Assembly: GCA_937625935.1 (NCBI GenBank)
Contig: OW569358.1
Span: 372,001 to 436,000, forward strand
Length of the DNA stretch: 64,000 bases
Source: Tetramitus jugosus
Taxonomy: Eukaryota; Protista; Heterolobosea
Direction: 5' to 3'
Shown here: in pieces, positions 31,741-44,409 of the stretch
Layout of the letters: every line of letters starts with the position of its first letter
Position numbering within the stretch: position 1 is the stretch's first letter
Made by a program: the position numbers and the translations under genes
The notes under the pieces: generated by a model
Databases searched by the model: none
What the model saw: the letters and a program-made list of their open reading frames with translations, nothing else
Told to the model about the DNA's origin: nothing

Positions 31741-33420
31741 TTAACCTCAGCATGATGTAGACTCGGTAACCCCATACACGAGTCCAGTCATTTCTTCGGC
31801 TGTTGTTGGATGAATACCAACAGTATCATCGAAATCTTGCTTTGTTGGATTGAATCTCATTGCGATACCGACTCCTTGAGTCACTTCACCAGCATTTGGT
31901 CCACAGTAATGGAATCCGAGCACTCTTTCATCATTATCCTTTGTACAAATGAGTTTTATGAAGGCTTGATCTGTCGATTTTCTTGGACCGAGACTGTACT
32001 CCAATACATAGTAACTCTTCTTGTAAACCTTGATATTGTCCTCTCCAAACTTTTTCACTGCGTCCTCCTCAGACAAGCCACATGCACCATATTCCAATGG
32101 AGTGAAAACAGTTGTTGGAACAAGATTAAAGTCCATCTTCTTTGTACTTCCTGCATAAAATCTCTGAACAAGCAAACGACCAGTCTTAATAGCCACAGGT
32201 GTCAATTCTAATCCACCGGCAATAATATCACCGATTGCATAAATGTGTGGTACAGATGTCTGTTGATACTCGTTTGTTAAAATCTTCTTGTCCTTCATCT
32301 TCATGTCAAACATGTCAAGATGCAGTGCTTTCACATCAGCATATCTTCCAATTGCAAAAAATACAGTATCGAACAGTTCACTAGACTCTTCCTTGGTAAA
32401 TGCGTGGGTGTATGTAACTTGCAACTTTCCATCGTCCAATTTTTGAATCGCCTTCAAATTATAAGGCTGCAAGAAGCGAGTTCCATGCTGTTGCATATGA
32501 ATGGTAATCTTGTCTGCACATTCACCGTCGAAACCTCTGAGAATATACTCTCTGACCATCACAGTAGTGTCACATCCAACACCGTGCAAGAATCCAGCAC
32601 ATTCCAATGCGACATAGGCAGCACCAACAACCAATGTCTTACCAGGGTTCTTCTTCAAATAAAAAATATCGTCGCTAGTGATTCCGTGCTCATAGCCAGG
32701 CACCCACTCTGGTAGAGAGGGACGACCACCAACAGCAATCACAAATCGACGAGCAGAGAACCTTTGTTTCTTCTCAAACTTTGTTCCCATCTTGAATGTA
32801 GCTTCTACAGTGTGCTTGTCCACAAACACAGCATATGCATTGTGATACTTGACACCACTCTCTGCCAAATCACCCAAATAACCAAAGTTGATACTCTTAA
32901 TGTATTGACCAACATTGGCAATCATTGTGGACCAATCATGATTCACATGATGATTGGATGACTCACCACCAGATGGCAAACTCCATCCAAAGTTTGCACT
33001 CTCTTCCACCTTCTCTCCATAGATGGAAGCAGTGTGCATGAGCTTTTTTGGAATGCAACCAACGTTGACACATGTTCCACCGAGACCCCATTTGGTTCCC
33101 TTTGGAGATGGCTTCACAAAGTCAAAACAGGCCACTCTTTCTCTACCGTCCTCATTCTCACCATACTTGTTCTTGAGAAGCTTTGCGGCTTCTTTGGCAC
33201 AGGCTAGACCACCTGATCCTCCACCAATAACAATGAGATCATAATCAAATCCGTGATTTGTCTCTGGTAGTTCAGTGTCTTGGGTTCGGTGTCACGACAG
33301 ATGGAGAAGTAGGTGGTGTCAGTTTCAACAAATCATGAAAAAAACATTAAAGAAGATTTTTTTTGCTTTCTTTAGCTTTTAATATTTGAATCACTTACCA
33401 ATCATATTTGTGTTGGACAT
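31741..33420 (-). CDS. TXNRD: High-Mr thioredoxin reductase, selenoprotein ending S-C-U-G (short first exon 33399-33420)
   Basis: GGGSGG, CVNVGC, HPT.AE, terminal TCA TGC TGA GGT TAA and a downstream SECIS. Confidence 0.93.
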
Positions 33421-33619
33421 GTTGACAACTTGTTGTTGATCTACCCTTCTCTTCTTTGCTTGCTTTTCTTCGAAAATGGTTTTGCGACACACAACAACGA
33501 AAAATACGAGCAGAAAGAGTTGTTTTGCTGTGTTTCGAGAGGGAGATCGCGCCAAAATATTGCGCACGTTTATGGTTGAAAAAAATAGACCCAGTCCAGA
33601 GCTTTTCGATCGAAATTTA

Positions 33620-33970
33620 TTAGACTCCCTGGAACCCTTCATTCCTCAGACACATCTTGTGAGCTTCAATCAAATGTTTACAATCTTCATGTTCCTGTCC
33701 ATACTGCACCAAACATGCATCTCTCACCTTCTTTGTGTCTGGACAGCTGCAACAAATCTTTTTGGCGGGCGTTTTTGGGTTCTCACTCAACTCCTTTTGT
33801 ATCTTCTCAATGTATTCCTCTTTTGTGTTATATCCCATGCACATGTTGTGAGCTTGAATGAAGAATTGACATTTGGATTCATCACCACTGTTGAACATGC
33901 ATTCGTCTCTTGCTTGCTTTGTGATTGGGCAGTCACAGCATGGTTTCTTTGTAATGGTTGTTGTGCTCAT
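33620..33970 (-). CDS. COX17: Cox17 copper chaperone with two tandem Cox17 domains
   Basis: KPCCDCP.TK..RDEC...C..FI.AHN.CM and KICCSCP.TK..RDAC...C..LIEAHK.CL..EGF. Confidence 0.9.
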   Translation of the reverse strand: MSTTTITKKPCCDCPITKQARDECMFNSGDESKCQFFIQAHNMCMGYNTKEEYIEKIQKELSENPKTPAKKICCSCPDTKKVRDACLVQYGQEHEDCKHLIEAHKMCLRNEGFQGV

Positions 33971-34179
33971 TGTTGTTTTTCAGTTTGTTGTTATTATTTC
34001 GTTGTTGTTCGTGTGAATTCTTGGTTTTGTTGCTGCTTTTAGGTTTAGAAACCGGAGCTTTTTGTTGTTGGATGATTATCCGCAATGTGCGATAGAAGAA
34101 GAATGGAAGACCAAGACAACTGTAGCTACAGCTCCTGTCACAGAATACAGGCACTGTGTTTCAAAAGGATATGAGAGTT

Positions 34180-34992
34180 TTATTTGTTCTTGCGCACAAG
34201 GACCTTCTTCATCACAATTTTTCCTTCCATCAGAGATTCATCTTCATCAACCTCTTCAATTTCTTCAAATTCGTCATCGTTGTCATCGTTGTCATCATTG
34301 CCTTCTTCTTCTTCATCATCTTCTTCATCATCTTCCTCATCCTCTTCATCCTCTTCATCCTCATCTTCTTGATCTTCACCTTCTTCATCATCATCATCTT
34401 CTGCTTCATTGTCCTTTTCTGTTTCTTCTTGTTGTTCCTCACGATCATCATCATCGACATCGTCGTCATCCTCTTCTTCATTGTCTTCTTCATCTTCATC
34501 TTCTCCTTCACTGTCACTTGCTTCACCTCTCATTCTTCGTCTCTCCTTTCTCTGCAAATACTCTGTCTGATCAATCTCTCTCAGAATAGTCTTTTGTTTT
34601 CTGAGTGGCAATGCAGCCAATTGTTCAGCCAACCTTTGCACTTCCTTCTTATCTTCCATTCTCTTAATTTGTTGATCGACCAATCCACCACCTTCGTCCT
34701 TTGTTTGACACTTTGCACAAATTTTGTGTTGAATGGCACATGGGTCACAGACGACGTGATAGGCAAGTGTTATATTTTTTTGATCGCACTTGTTGCATTT
34801 TCGGGGTTGAACCAGAGGTTTGTACTTTCGGTATTGCTTCTTCCATTCGATGATATCATGACACTTTTGACAGAGTCCTCTGTTGGGCGTTCGGAGAATC
34901 TTTTGAGTCTTTTTGGAGCCCTTGTTGTGTTTGAATGCGTGTGTGTTTTGATGGAAACCTGGTCTTTTTCCGGTTCCTTTTGGTTGAGGCAT
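34180..34992 (-). CDS. DUF2039/C9orf85-like Cys-rich protein with acidic tail
   Basis: HQN..AFKHNK.SKKT, C..C...IEWK..YRKYKPL, C..C, AYH..C..CA...CAKC. Confidence 0.85.
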   Translation of the reverse strand: MPQPKGTGKRPGFHQNTHAFKHNKGSKKTQKILRTPNRGLCQKCHDIIEWKKQYRKYKPLVQPRKCNKCDQKNITLAYHVVCDPCAIQHKICAKCQTKDEGGGLVDQQIKRMEDKKEVQRLAEQLAALPLRKQKTILREIDQTEYLQRKERRRMRGEASDSEGEDEDEEDNEEEDDDDVDDDDREEQQEETEKDNEAEDDDDEEGEDQEDEDEEDEEDEEDDEEDDEEEEGNDDNDDNDDEFEEIEEVDEDESLMEGKIVMKKVLVRKNK

Positions 34993-35522
34993 TGCTGTCT
35001 TGTTGTTTTCTTGTTGTTGTTGTCGCTGTTTTGGGGTGCAGGTAGTTCAACAGAGAAAATGTGTGAAATTCAAGGAATTGATTGAAGTTCAAAGACGAAA
35101 CAGTGACACAAGATTTTTCAGACCAAGTCGGACCAAGATCTTTTTGGTTCATCACCAAAGAACGAGCGGTCTGTTTGATAAGACTTCACAACTCAATTTC
35201 TTGAAGTTGATGTAATACAAGTCGAACCTATAACCCTTCCACTGGAAATGCAAGATTTTGAAGGTGTCGATTTATGCCCAAAATCGTAGAAGAACTTTTC
35301 GCGGTTGTCGGAGGAGAATCAGACAAAATATCGCCTGTCGATTTCGTAAGTTCATGGCCTTTCGAATATCACGGTGGAAGGAACTTATTCAGTACATTTC
35401 ACAATTAAGGTGAGAGCTATCCGTTATTAAGCGCTGCCAATTAGCACGACAAACAGAACACCCAAACAAACAAACAAAAGCAATTCTCCAGCAAAAAGAA
35501 CTGAACTAATTACTCACATATC

Positions 35523-35987
35523 ATGTCAATCACAAAGAGTCACTTGCAAACTGTTGGAATCATCTACTTGGTGATTGTTATCTCAGCTGCTGTCTGCGCA
35601 GCACTCACTCTCGGTGTTGCCTCCTGGTTGCCATCGACCCCTGTTGTTGCTGCTGTTGAGGAAGTTTCTGCCTTGTCAGAGTCATTCGGTATTTATGGTA
35701 CCTATGCTGCCAATGCCATTGAAAGAGTCATGAACACAACTGAGGACGACAAGTACTGTCCAAAGAAACCAAGTGAAAAGAAGAAGAGCAAGCTCGTTGT
35801 TTTCTTGTTGGCCTTCTTCACTGGTTCATGGGGTGTTGATCGTTTCTACACAGGATATACAGCTCAAGGTGTCTTCAAGATTTTGACCTTGGGTGGATTG
35901 GGCATTTGGAATTTGGTTGACTGGGCATTGGTTCTAGCCAACAAGAGACACATGAAGAATGGATGTCCATTCTATCAAGATATGTAA
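35523..35987 (+). CDS. TM2-domain membrane protein
   Basis: FLLAFF.G.WGVDRFY.G....G..K..TLGG.GIW..VD. Confidence 0.9.
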   Translation: MSITKSHLQTVGIIYLVIVISAAVCAALTLGVASWLPSTPVVAAVEEVSALSESFGIYGTYAANAIERVMNTTEDDKYCPKKPSEKKKSKLVVFLLAFFTGSWGVDRFYTGYTAQGVFKILTLGGLGIWNLVDWALVLANKRHMKNGCPFYQDM

Positions 35988-36220
35988 GCGTGCCTGGGAC
36001 AGCAGCACAGCTGGGCACACAACTCAACTGCCACCGATCCGACCACACAAAAGTTCTCATTTTCATGTAAAGCACTTCATTTTCCCGACTTGTCTGTCAC
36101 CTGTCTTGTCACAAAAAACGATTCGACATCCTCGCACAAAATCATTTTCGCTTCCAAACTCAAGAAACCCAAGCAACACAGAATCATTCAAAAGCACAAC
36201 ACTCCTTAACTGTACAAAAA

Positions 36221-38102
36221 ATGTCTACCGTACCACTGTACTTTTATCTCAAGAACATCCCAGCATCCGACTCTGAACCCTTCCAGATCAAATTCCAAGA
36301 CCAGGTCATTTTTGAGAGCAAAACTGATATAACGTCACAGGTGGAACACGTGGTGAGAATTGAAGAGCCAACACATGCTTCCTATCATCGCATCTACCTT
36401 CACATCTTGATTCCAATGTGTGACATTGATGAGTTGAGTCAGTACAATTTGACTGAGATGGGCACTCACTTTGAAATTTCAACAGTGAGTTTGAAGATTA
36501 AGATCAAGCAGGGATTTAACTCTGAGTTTAGTACAACGAGCGAGAGAGTGTTGATTGATGATCAGAAAAAGTTTGATGTTGATGAAAAGTAAGTCAATGA
36601 CACACACATTCATTGTTGCCTTGTTTTCAATAGCTATGGTTATGCAGGACTTTTTTTTTCTGACGTGTGATTGACTGATTTTTTTTATTGTTAACAGAAC
36701 GGGAGAAGTGTTTTACAAGTACAATAAGCCAGCATACATGAGAGAGGGTTATGAGAAGCCACCAAGCAAATCTGCAAAAGCAAATGCTGAACTGCAAGAA
36801 GAAAACAAGAAGAACTTTGAAACTTCGAGCACTAGAGTGTGGTTCCATCTCAGTGGTATTGAAGCTTCTGATCAAGAACCTTTTAGCTTAACTGTTGAGA
36901 ATCAAAGAGTGTTCAAGTGGAGTAAACCAATTGGAAAGAGACAACAATTCCCAGTGTACATTAAAAAGAGTGATACAAGTGCAAAGAATCATGTGATTGA
37001 ATTGAAGATTGACATTCCAATGCTCGGTATCGAAGGTGCACTCTCTACTTTTAACTTGACTGAAAACGGACAACAAATCATGATTGCTGTGATTGACGAC
37101 GGAACCAATGTCAAGATTTTGCAGGCAGATGCGCGCGATAAGTTGCCAAACTACGATGATCAATATAATCCAAAGGATTACGTCGAAGAGAAGAAGACTG
37201 TGTCAAGCTCTAGCGCACCATCTACTTCTTCGTCTTATGCATCTCCATCAAAGTCTGTCTCCTCCAGCAGTCAATCCTCCATTCCAGTCTTCTTCTATGC
37301 AGGCAACATTCCAGCCAGTTCTCAAGAACCATTCAGATTGAGTGTCAATGAACAATTGTTGTACGAATCAAAGAAGAATATTGGCAAGGATGAGATTGTG
37401 ACTGCAATCGCTGAACTCCCAGCACCAAACAAGGGCTCTGACCACATTATTCTCGTTCGTTTTGAAATTCCAAGCAGAGGTGTCGATGCTGAGCAACAGT
37501 TCAACTTGACACGCAATGGTGCATACATCATGATCAAGTTGACCGAGGAGAATGGTGATGAGAGAGTGAGTCTTCAACAACAGCACAGAAATGTGTATGG
37601 TGGTCCAGAGCCAAAGTCTACTCCCAAAACTAGCTCTCTACCAGACACTGAAACTGTCTTCTTCTATTTGAACAACATTCCTGCTTCGACCACTCAACCA
37701 TTCGAATTGTTGATCAATGGTCAACCATTCTATCACACAACTGACGACATGAGTGTTGGTGATAAGAAGCATCAAATTGCATCATTCGAGGGAAGAATGC
37801 CAAAGCCAAAGTCTGGTGATCATGTTGTTCAATTCACTGCTCGAGTGCCAGTCATTTCTAGAGATCAAATTTCTGTTGAGATGAACTTGACAAAGAATGG
37901 CAAGTATGTCAAGGTGTTTGTCGATGAACAAAAGAAGATTCACATGATCCAAGGCAGAAATGACCAATTCGCAGAACCTATCGGAACTGAGCCTACTATT
38001 GATTATATCAAGGAAATTGAAACTTTGGCTTCTTTGATGCAATCTGGTATTTTGACCAAGGATGAATTCGAACAAAAGAAGAGAAAGATCTTGGGTCTTT
38101 AA
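36221..38102 (+). CDS. Protein with four ~100-aa repeats and C-terminal SHOCT (intron 36589-36697)
   Basis: In-frame splice joins the two ORFs. Repeats follow FY..NIPAS..EPF...FNLT.NG. The C-terminus is L.SL..SGILT.DEFE.KK.KIL. Confidence 0.75.
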
Positions 38103-38139
38103 GTAAATAAATTACATTTGTAAAATAGTTCGTCCTCTA

Positions 38140-39489
38140 CTAATGGGCCCTTTTCAGCAGCAGACTCATATCCTTGGGGATTTGTTGCTCCAGACGAATT
38201 CTCTCATTGTTCTTTAGAGGATGGTTAAACTCTAACTTCCATGAATGCAATGCATGTCTCCCCAAGTATCGGTCCTTTTGACCATACAAGTAATCTCCAA
38301 CAACTGGATGACCAATGTGTGCCATATGAACACGAATCTGGTGGGTCCTTCCTGTTTGTGGTGTCACACTCACTAAGCTAATATTACTGTCCTGAAATTG
38401 TTTCAAGACTTGATAGTGTGTGATGGCAATTTTCTCATCAGTTTCAGACACGATTCTTCTGCCACCTGTTCCCATAGCCATACCCGTTCGAATGGTTCCC
38501 TGAAGATCAGCATCACCAGTGAACACACCATGTACGATTGCCAAATAGGTCTTTGTAATTTGTCTATCTCCAGTGGTAGTGTCTGAGACCTTCGCTTCTT
38601 TTGAGTCATCAACAGCTTCGGTGGATGGAGTAGACCACTGTCTGCTCAACAATTGTTGAACATGAGAGTTTTTAGCCACAAGAACCAACCCAGAAGTATC
38701 CTTGTCAATTCTGTTGACAAGACAGATCTTATCTGCTTCGCTTGTACGAATAGCTTTGGCATTCTGATTTGTCTGCTCACCATTTTCTCTACTTTCTCTT
38801 CTTTGATCCCATAGCTCCCTAATTCTATCAATCAGTGTATTCTTTTGGTAGGACTTGGTGGGATACATCAATACGCCAGGTGGTTTGTTCACAACGAGCA
38901 GATGCTCATCCTCGAACAAAACTTTTATGCTCTTGTTAACTGTATTTGCAGCTATGGTAACTTGATCTTCTGCTGGACGTGGTGAGTTGACATTGCTCGG
39001 CGCAGAATTTGTTTTGGCGGCATTGACCGGTGTTGCTGGCGGCGATACATCTACGGCCTTGCTCACGAGAATTTTGATCACTTGACCTTGCTTTCCCTTG
39101 TTCTGCAAAAAAGGACGCTTGTTATTCACAAAGAGACCTTGGATCCTGGTCGCTCTTTGTATCGTTTTGCCAGAAACAAGCATGTGCTGTGTTAAAATGT
39201 CCTTGATTGTCTTATTGTTTGACTGTTCATCCACAGTGTATTGTAGCCAACTTCCCTTGCTTGAAGTCTTGGTGCGTGGCACAGTAGTAGAGCCATTATG
39301 ATGACTCTCTTGTTCTTCAACGACTTGTTCTGCTTGTGACTTGTCACCTGATGACACAAAAGATCGACTTGTTGTAAGCGGCTGGTGACCCTGGGGAGTA
39401 TGAAAGCATGGTTGATATCGTCGTTCGGTGTGCAAGAGTTGTTGCGTGCAAGAAGACAAGAATTTGCGTGAACAACCGATTCTTTGCAT
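38140..39489 (-). CDS. RluA/RluD-family pseudouridine synthase, likely mitochondrial
   Basis: VVNKPPG, NRIDKDTSGL, TGRTHQIRVH, GD.LYG, ALH; presequence-like N-terminus. Confidence 0.92.
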   Translation of the reverse strand: MQRIGCSRKFLSSCTQQLLHTERRYQPCFHTPQGHQPLTTSRSFVSSGDKSQAEQVVEEQESHHNGSTTVPRTKTSSKGSWLQYTVDEQSNNKTIKDILTQHMLVSGKTIQRATRIQGLFVNNKRPFLQNKGKQGQVIKILVSKAVDVSPPATPVNAAKTNSAPSNVNSPRPAEDQVTIAANTVNKSIKVLFEDEHLLVVNKPPGVLMYPTKSYQKNTLIDRIRELWDQRRESRENGEQTNQNAKAIRTSEADKICLVNRIDKDTSGLVLVAKNSHVQQLLSRQWSTPSTEAVDDSKEAKVSDTTTGDRQITKTYLAIVHGVFTGDADLQGTIRTGMAMGTGGRRIVSETDEKIAITHYQVLKQFQDSNISLVSVTPQTGRTHQIRVHMAHIGHPVVGDYLYGQKDRYLGRHALHSWKLEFNHPLKNNERIRLEQQIPKDMSLLLKRAH

Positions 39490-40154
39490 TTTGTTTTTTC
39501 CTTGGCCAAAGTTGATTTTCTTCTACTCTAGTAAATTGATTGCTTTATTCACTTGTTTTTGTTGTTATTGTTCATATCCTTGTTTGTTTGGTGGACGTAT
39601 CTTTGGTTAGACATTCCATCATCGTCCAGTCTTTGATCATCAAATTCTTCGACTTTTTCTTCTTGACCTCGTGAGAAGACATCACCCTTCTCCAGTTCAT
39701 CTCTCTTGGACAACGATTTCTTGTCCTTGGTTCTTTGTGTATCCATTGGCAGTTAATAAAAAATTGGTCTCGAAAACTCTTCTGTTCTTGCTTGGTTGTA
39801 TTTGTTGATTTGTACACGATCAGAGTTATGATCGACAGTTCAGTTCCGCAAAAAATATGTTGATTCTCAGATTTTTAATAGCCTAAGGTTGTCCTCATTC
39901 GATGATTGTTGAAGGAAACTTTTCAGGCTGGGGTTTCGCTGGATGGAATGAGTTCAGATTCAACAAACTCTATCGGTTGTACAAACAGCATTATCAGGAA
40001 TTTTGTGCTTTGAAAGTGGGGTCAGTTGCTTAATTCTCCGCTCTGGTCAACTACTCCATTTCGTGAACTCCGTGAAACTCACAAGGCACCCACAATACGT
40101 TTATAAATAGGAAACCCAAAACCAAAACACAAGTCAAAAGCTGTTCTATCAATC

Positions 40155-40799
40155 ATGTCTCAATATTCAATTTGGTACGTCAAGGAAATGGAGGGGAAGT
40201 TTCCATTCATGAAGCACTACTCCACCGACAAAAAAAACGAGTTTATCAAGAGGAACGAAGCGTTGGACTACGCTAAAACCACACTGCACGGCACTATAGG
40301 ATCCTCTCATTCAGATTTTTTGGACAGAGAATGGGCACGAGACCAGATTGAAGCAGAATGGGAAACAAGACGTCAGGAGTACTTGGAACGAACAAAGGCA
40401 AGAGAAAAAAGACATTCTGAATACCTGGAACGCCAACGAATCAGAGAGCAGAGAACTCAAGAAAAACAACAAAAACATGAAGAGTATTTACAACGGAAGA
40501 AGGTTCGTGAAGAACGAGAAGCAGTCAAGCAGAGAACAGTGTTTGTCAAGAATCTATCTTTTAGAGCGAACAATGAGGATCTGAGTAGTCTCTTCTCTCA
40601 GAGCGGCAATGTACAGAGTATTGTCATCCTGACAGATCAACTTGGAAAATCCCGAGGTTTAGCCACCATAGTATACTCCTCGAGAGATGAAGCAAACAAG
40701 GCACTAACTCTCTTCAATAATCAGATATTCAAGGGTCGAAAACTTACTGTTCAGATTGATAAACATTCCGTCGGCAATTCAAGGGTTATTAGACGATAA
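40155..40799 (+). CDS. RRM-domain protein with coiled coil
   Basis: RNP2 VFVKNL and RNP1 RGLATIVY. Confidence 0.8.
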   Translation: MSQYSIWYVKEMEGKFPFMKHYSTDKKNEFIKRNEALDYAKTTLHGTIGSSHSDFLDREWARDQIEAEWETRRQEYLERTKAREKRHSEYLERQRIREQRTQEKQQKHEEYLQRKKVREEREAVKQRTVFVKNLSFRANNEDLSSLFSQSGNVQSIVILTDQLGKSRGLATIVYSSRDEANKALTLFNNQIFKGRKLTVQIDKHSVGNSRVIRR

Positions 40800-41307
40800 T
40801 TCACCTCTAAATTTGATGAGGAAGCTAGTGGATAAATTGAAATACAACACAGAGACCTTTGACATTCTGTCATCCTCTCGGTTCAATCAAGTCCACACAT
40901 CCAGATAAAGATCTAACACATTAGTGATGGAATTGTGTTGTTTAATACAACGGTGACAATTTCTCTGTGATGTGGCCCTTGGCAAAGCAAATTACTTTTA
41001 TCCAATTTCAGAGAATTCATCCAAATTTCGCATGCTACATTCTCCTGAAGAAATTCTTAGGACTTGGTTCCGATCCGATCCACAAAGATATTTCGCCATG
41101 AGAAAAAATGTTCACACGAACGGCAAGTGCCGCAAAGTGTCGCCAGGGATCCACCAGGGAGTAATTCTCGCTTGCAATTGCCCGCTCTTGATTGGGCCTA
41201 CCTCTTTGGTCACCTCACCAAATCTTGGGCTTTGCCAGTGACTGTTGATCGAAGTGACGCAAAAAACACATACACACCCCAAGACACCATATCACTAACA
41301 AACAACA

Positions 41308-44291
41308 ATGATCAGAAACTTTGTCAGATCAAGCAACAACAAACACAATAGACACTTTCAAGAGTACCTCCAGCGGTATTATGCCACACTTGCTATTCGT
41401 GCTGAAGACAAGAATGTTTGGGAAAGTAAGTTTTACAAATAGACATTGTGAATTTATTGTCAAAGAATATTCAATGTCAAAAGAAACATTGACAACTAAC
41501 ACTAACGAATCACTTTCATAGGAAGAGCTCCATTGGCACCCAAGCACATCAAGGAAATTGTAGAGAAGGGTATCGCTGATGTGATTGTTGAGCCTTCCAC
41601 AACTAGAGCGTATGTGCAATGTCCTATTTTTTTTTTCTCTCTTCATGTTGGATGTCAAAGATTTTTAGCTTACGCTTATTTTTGGCGCTGCTCGCGTAAA
41701 CATTTTTGCTTTTTGCGCTGCGATTGGTTGTGTTTAGTTTTACAGATGAAGAGTACGTTAAGGCTGGTGCTTCCATATCCAAGGATCTATCACAAGCTGA
41801 TGTGATTTTTAGTGTAAAGGAAGTTCCTATCACGAAGCTTCAACCAAACAAGACTCATGTCTTCTTCTCTCATACCATTAAGGCTCAACCATACAATATG
41901 GATCTTCTGGACTCTATTCTAGAGAAGAATATTCGTTTGATTGATTATGAACGTATTGTCAATGAGAAGAATGAGCGTTTGATCCGATTTGGACCTTATG
42001 CTGGTTTTGCGGGTGCTATTGATACACTCTCTGTGACGGGAACACGTCTATTGGAAGAGTATTCAATCAGTAATCCATTTATTTCATTGTCTCTCTCCAA
42101 GAATTATCCTTCATTGAAGACTGCATTGGCATGTGTCAAGGAGGTTGGTGATGTGATTCGTGATCGTGGTCTGCCAAAGCAAGTGTTTCCATTTGTGATT
42201 ACACTGACCGGTAGAGGTAGTGTTGCTGCTGGTATGAAGCAAGTTTTGGACGAGTTGCCACTCAAGCAAATTACAGTTGATGATTTGCCAAGATTGTGGG
42301 CAAGAAGAGGTCAAGAAACGGAAGAAGAGCGCAAGTGGATCTATTATTTGAATGTGTCTGCCAAGGATTGGTGCAGAAGAAAGCTTGTCGGAGGTTTCGA
42401 CCCAGAAGAGTACTATGCTCATCCAGAGTTGTATGAGTCAACATTTGCAGAGAAGATTTTGCCATATTCTCGTGTCATTTTGAATGCCATCTACTGGGAG
42501 CCAAAGTACCCTAGATTGATTACAACCGAACAAATTAGAAGAATTGAGCACAATCTGGTGACTATTGGTGATATTTCTTGCGATCCAAATGGTTCTATCG
42601 AATTTTTGACCCGTGTGACATCTATCAGTGATCCTGTCTTGATCAATGAGGGAATTGCTTTGTTGGCTTGTGATCATTTGCCTGCTCAATTCCCAAGATC
42701 TTCTTCCGAAAACTTTGGAGGTACATTGCTTCCATTTGTTGAGGAAATTATGAAGCAAAACTATTCTCAACCAATCAGAACTGCTATGATTGCTGAAAAT
42801 GGTCGCTTGTCACCAGCTTACGAATATATTGCTCAATTGAGAGCTGCGAATGAGAGAAAGGGTGTTAAGGGTGAGAAGGCACACAGAAAGCGTGTTGTTG
42901 TTTTTGGTGCTGGCTTCTGTGTACCACCAATTGTTGAATATTTGAGCAGACAGAAGAATTTGGTTTCCGAGGTGTTGTTGGTTGATCAGGGTAAAATCTC
43001 CAAGGAGAAGTTTACTTTCGATAAGAACCCTGTTCCTATTAGATTTAGAACTGCCTCTATTGAAGAAGCTCATCAAATTATTGAAGAGGAAGATGGTGTT
43101 GTTATTTCCATGGTGCCAGCATTCTTGCATACCAAGATTGCCAAGATTTGTCTTGAGAAGAAGGTACCAATGGTCACCGCAAGTTACATCTCCCCTGAAA
43201 TGAAGGAGTTGAATATGGAAGCTGAGAGACAAGGTGTGCTCATTCTGAATGAAATCGGTTTGGACCCTGGTATTGATCACTTGTGTGTCATGAAGACATT
43301 GAAGGGCATCAGAAACAGAGGTGAAACATTGACTCAATTCAGAAGTTACTGTGGAGCTTTGCCTGCACCTGAAAGCGCCATCAACAGCATTGGCTACAAG
43401 TTCTCATGGAGTCCAATGGGTGTTATGAAGGCATCTGGTAACAGCGCAGAATTCTTGTGGAATGGAGAAAAGGTCAATGTACCAGGACCATTGTTGCAAT
43501 TCTGTCCAACCGTAGAAACATCATTCCCTGCTTTGAACTTGGAAATGATCCCTAACCGTGACTCTCTCTCCTATGTCAACACGTACAACATGTCCGAATT
43601 CAAGAGCATTCAAACATTTGTTAGAGGTACATTGAGATTCCCTGGATTCACAAACTTCTTCCGTGCTCTCTCTGTTTTGGGATGCTTGGACGAAAAGAGA
43701 GTGTTGACACTTGCACCTGGTAACAACTCTTGGTCCCATGTCATGAAATCACTTGGCGTTGACAACTTGAAGCAATTGTTTGCTGATCACTTGGAGAAGC
43801 ATAGCGCTGCAGTCACCAATGAGTTCGTCTCATCCAAGGTGAACGAGAGAAAGTCTACATTGTCCAAGGATGTGAACATTGCCCTCAAGACATTGAACGA
43901 TCTTGGCTTCATGGAAGAGAAGCAAGTTTTGCCAATTGGTGAATTCAATTTGATGCAACACGTCTGTAATCAACTCGAAAAGAAGTGCGCATACACCAAG
44001 AAGGAGAGAGATATGGCATTGATGACTCATCAATTCTACACCACTACCAAAGAAGGCAAGGACCAAATCATTACATCCAACATGGTCCAATACGGTGATG
44101 TCAGAGAATTCTCTGCCACAAGCAAGACTGTGGGAGTTCCAGTCGCTGTTGCATGCTCCATGATCTTGAGAGGAGACTTGGACGGATTGAGCGGTATTAG
44201 AGCACCAATGGACGAAGTCATTTGGTCACCATTGCTCAAGGAATTGGAAAAGGAAGGTATTGTTATTAACGAATACGTCGAACCAGCTTAA
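41308..44291 (+). CDS. AASS: Bifunctional lysine-ketoglutarate reductase/saccharopine dehydrogenase (introns ~41426-41521, ~41610-41737)
   Basis: IRAEDKNVWERRAPL, FFSHTIKAQ, DISCD..GSIEF, NEIGLDPGIDH, YKFSWSP, RGTLRF. Confidence 0.93.
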
Positions 44292-44409
44292 GAAATAAAA
44301 TAATTTATCGCAATAATAATCCATGCATCGACAATGTATTTGATTTCCTTTTTCTATACAGTTTGATGATATTGGTGGTACAAAGTGTGTGTCGCTCTCT
44401 CTCTCTCTC

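Noticed and set aside
34156-35085. 309-aa hydrophobic + strand ORF
   Set aside because: Antisense of the acidic GAA/GAT tract in the DUF2039 gene.
39549-39817. Small minus-strand ORFs upstream of RluA
   Set aside because: Short, with no motifs; cannot support a gene call.
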